A DNA stretch of 64,000 nucleotides from Chloroflexota bacterium. Its GTDB lineage: Bacteria > Chloroflexota > Limnocylindria > Limnocylindrales > CSP1-4. The DNA lies in NCBI GenBank assembly GCA_016781485.1, contig JADDQH010000001.1, forward strand, positions 2,062 through 66,061. Reading direction: 5' to 3'. The stretch's first letter is position 1, and each line of letters opens with the position of its first letter. The notes beneath the pieces were generated by a model. That model searched no databases, had not been told where the DNA came from, and saw nothing but the letters and a program-made list of their open reading frames with translations. Positions 61,738-64,000 of this stretch are shown here, piece by piece. The position numbers and the translations under genes were made by a program.

Positions 61738-64000
61738 GTGACTCCCCTCGAGATCCCCACGCTGCCGCCTGCTGCACTGCGGCTTCCGGCTCCCCTCCAG
61801 GGCCTCCGCCGCCTCGCCTACAACCTCTACTGGACGTGGCATCCACGGGTCCGCGTGCTGTTCAGCCAGATCGACGGCGACGCGTGGGCGCGTTACCGGA
61901 ACCCGATCCCGGTCCTCCAGGGCCAGCAGACGTGGTCGTCGCTCCTTGACGATCCCGCGTTCATGGCGGAGTACCAGACGCTCGTCGAGGAATTCGACCG
62001 GTACCTCGCGAACGGCGGCAACCACTGGTTCCAGCGGAACCACGGCGACAAGATCGGCGGGCCGATCGCCTACTTCTGCGCCGAGTACGGCCTGCACGAG
62101 TCGCTCGGCATCTACTCCGGCGGCCTCGGCGTCCTCGCCGGCGACCACTGCAAGACGGCCTCGGACATGGCCTTGCCGTTCATCGGAGTGGGGCTCCTCT
62201 ACCGTCACGGCTACTTCCGCCAGTCGATCGACGCGGACGGGCACCAGGAGCACGCCTACCCCGACTACGACCTATCCCTCTTGCCGCTCCTCCCCGTTGC
62301 AGACGAGAACGGAGGGCCGCTCCGGGTCCCGGTCGAACTCCCCGACCGCATCGTTCAGGCGGCCGTCTGGCTCGCGCAGGTCGGCCGCGTCCCGCTGCTC
62401 CTGCTGGACACCGACATCCCGGAGAACGCCGTCTCCGATCGGCCGATCACCCACACGCTCTACGTCCGCGGGCGCGAGATGCGTCTTCACCAGGAGATCG
62501 TGCTGGGGGTCGGCGGCGTGCGGGCACTCCGGGCGCTCGGCGTAGAACCGGCCGCATGGCACCTCAACGAGGGCCACTCCGCGTTCCTGCTCGTCGAGCG
62601 AACGAGGGAGCTGACGGCCCGAGGCGTGCCGCTCGAAGAGGCGCTGGCGGAGGTGCGGCGGGATTCGGTGTTCACGATCCACACCCCGGTGGCTGCGGGG
62701 AACGAGCGCTTCGCATCCGATCTCGTGCGCACGCTCGGGGCGCCGCTCGTAGACGGCTCGGGGGTCGACCTGGAGCGTGTGATCGAGCTCGGCCGGGGAG
62801 TCGATGGGGACCCCGGCCAGTTCGACATGACGGCATTCAGCCTGCGCCTCACGAACGGGGCGAACGCCGTCAGCCAGCTCCATGCGCGGACCGCGAACGC
62901 GACTTGGGAGGACGTGACGACGTCCCCGATCCTCGGCATCACGAACGGCATCCACACCCCGACCTGGCTCGGCCTGCCGATGCGCGACATCCTCCAGAAC
63001 ATCGGGGCGGACCTCGAGGACCTCGACGAGGTGCACGAGACTCCGTTCTGGGAGCGGCTCGACTCGATCCCGGATCGCCAGCTGTGGGAGAGCCACCAGA
63101 GGCAGAAGCTCGAGCTGGCGTTCTTCGCCCGGGGTCGGCTGCGTGACCAGTTCGCGCGGCACGGGGAAGCGCCCGAGATGCTGGAGGGACTGTCCGCCGC
63201 CCTCGACCCGAACGTCCTGACGATCGGGTTCGCCCGCCGCTTCGCCACCTATAAGCGCGCAGCGCTCCTGTTCGCCGATCAGGACCGTCTCGCCCGGCTC
63301 ATCTCCGACCCCGAGCGGCCCGTTCAGATCCTGTTCGCCGGCAAAGCGCACCCAGCCGACCGGCCGGGCCAGAAGGTGATCGCGGAGATCTTCGGGTGGA
63401 CGCGCGCGCCCCGGTTCGCGGGACGCATGTTCGTGCTCGAGGACTACGACATCCGGATCGGGCGCTACATGGTGCAGGGCGTAGACGTCTGGCTCAACAC
63501 CCCCCGACGTCCGCTCGAGGCGTCCGGAACCAGCGGGATGAAGGCCGCGGCGAACGGCGTCATCAACTGCTCGGTGCTCGACGGGTGGTGGGACGAGGGT
63601 TGGACCGGTACGAACGGTTGGGCGATCGGTGGGCGCGAGACGAACCCGGACGAGGGGGCGCAGGATTGGGCCGACGCTCAGGACCTGTACCGACTGCTCG
63701 AGGAGGAGATCGTCCCGCGCTACTACGAACGCGATCGAGACGACCTTCCGACGGGCTGGCTGTCACTGATGCGCGAGTCCATCTCCAGCACGATCTGGAA
63801 GTTCTCGACGACCCGGATGCTGCAGGAGTACACCGAGCAGCTCTACCTGCCCGCTGGCGTGGGTCGTGCCGAGGATGGCGGTAGAGAAGGCGGTCGGACC
63901 AGCGACGGTGCCACCACCGAGGCGGGCTCCGATGGCAGCGGATCCGACGACGCCGCACTGCAGGTCCTCGACGCGATCACCTCGTCGTCCGCGTTCGAGC
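61738..64000 (+). CDS. glgP: alpha-glucan (glycogen/maltodextrin) phosphorylase, 3' end beyond window
   Basis: Not in the ORF track because frame 1 has no stop before 64000. Translated by hand: LAYNLYWTWHP, GGLGVLAGDHCKTASD, ITNGIHTPTW, PLP-Lys motif EASGTSGMKAAANG, FSTTRMLQEYTEQLYLPA. GTG 61738 chosen by N-terminal alignment logic. Confidence 0.85.
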   Translation, partial: MTPLEIPTLPPAALRLPAPLQGLRRLAYNLYWTWHPRVRVLFSQIDGDAWARYRNPIPVLQGQQTWSSLLDDPAFMAEYQTLVEEFDRYLANGGNHWFQRNHGDKIGGPIAYFCAEYGLHESLGIYSGGLGVLAGDHCKTASDMALPFIGVGLLYRHGYFRQSIDADGHQEHAYPDYDLSLLPLLPVADENGGPLRVPVELPDRIVQAAVWLAQVGRVPLLLLDTDIPENAVSDRPITHTLYVRGREMRLHQEIVLGVGGVRALRALGVEPAAWHLNEGHSAFLLVERTRELTARGVPLEEALAEVRRDSVFTIHTPVAAGNERFASDLVRTLGAPLVDGSGVDLERVIELGRGVDGDPGQFDMTAFSLRLTNGANAVSQLHARTANATWEDVTTSPILGITNGIHTPTWLGLPMRDILQNIGADLEDLDEVHETPFWERLDSIPDRQLWESHQRQKLELAFFARGRLRDQFARHGEAPEMLEGLSAALDPNVLTIGFARRFATYKRAALLFADQDRLARLISDPERPVQILFAGKAHPADRPGQKVIAEIFGWTRAPRFAGRMFVLEDYDIRIGRYMVQGVDVWLNTPRRPLEASGTSGMKAAANGVINCSVLDGWWDEGWTGTNGWAIGGRETNPDEGAQDWADAQDLYRLLEEEIVPRYYERDRDDLPTGWLSLMRESISSTIWKFSTTRMLQEYTEQLYLPAGVGRAEDGGREGGRTSDGATTEAGSDGSGSDDAALQVLDAITSSSAFE

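Overview
High-GC (roughly 70% by eye) chromosomal window, probably from an actinobacterium. Supporting hints are DinB/MDMPI-type, DesA-type, LOG and Rv2629-like genes, frequent GTG/TTG starts, and many ATGA/GTGA/TGATG stop-start overlaps. I can support about 70 protein-coding genes, one tRNA-Gly(UCC), several stem-loop terminators and two in-gene tandem repeats. I saw no rRNA, CRISPR array, transposase, integrase or prophage genes.

Functional blocks:
- 1-3.4 kb: response regulator, GAF histidine kinase, proline dehydrogenase.
- 3.5-9.0 kb: tyrosine/homogentisate catabolism (hppD, FAH-family hydrolase, hmgA) with SRPBCC, META and DinB-fold genes interleaved, then proC.
- 11.8-17.2 kb: a minus-strand run with a signal-less BtuF-like binding protein, GNAT, methyltransferase, ferredoxin, cupredoxin lipoprotein, Zn-ribbon/low-complexity protein and YHS protein.
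- 17.4-24.2 kb: LOG, rpiB, an SDR/PLP-decarboxylase pair, an SLT+2xSH3 murein hydrolase.
- 24.5-25.8 kb: tRNA-Gly next to a GreA factor carrying a large N-terminal extension.
- 25.8-37.3 kb: desA, esterase, GH15, csbD, mug operon, asparaginase II, phosphatase/P450/cutA.
- 37.6-47.6 kb: eRF1-like (baeRF) protein, SDRs, a fused double alpha/beta-hydrolase, beta-propellers.
- 47.7-52.7 kb: sugar-acid cluster (GH43; eda, enolase-superfamily dehydratase, kdgK; lactonase).
- 52.7-64.0 kb: fabI, YczE-like membrane protein coupled to a beta-CASP nuclease, secreted S8 and M14 peptidases, divergent glgA/glgP.

The supplied ORF track omits glgP (61738 to the window end) because that frame has no stop inside the window. 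It also contains many long antisense shadow ORFs typical of high-GC DNA.

I did not find a clear-cut novel multi-gene system such as defence, secretion or RiPP. The best leads are:
- a DinB-fold gene translationally coupled to hmgA, a candidate for the missing isomerase step;
- the N-terminally extended GreA;
- two genes whose conserved coding sequence extends upstream of any ATG/GTG/TTG;
- two unusually long non-coding gaps.

All family assignments come from motif recognition by eye. No database search was run.
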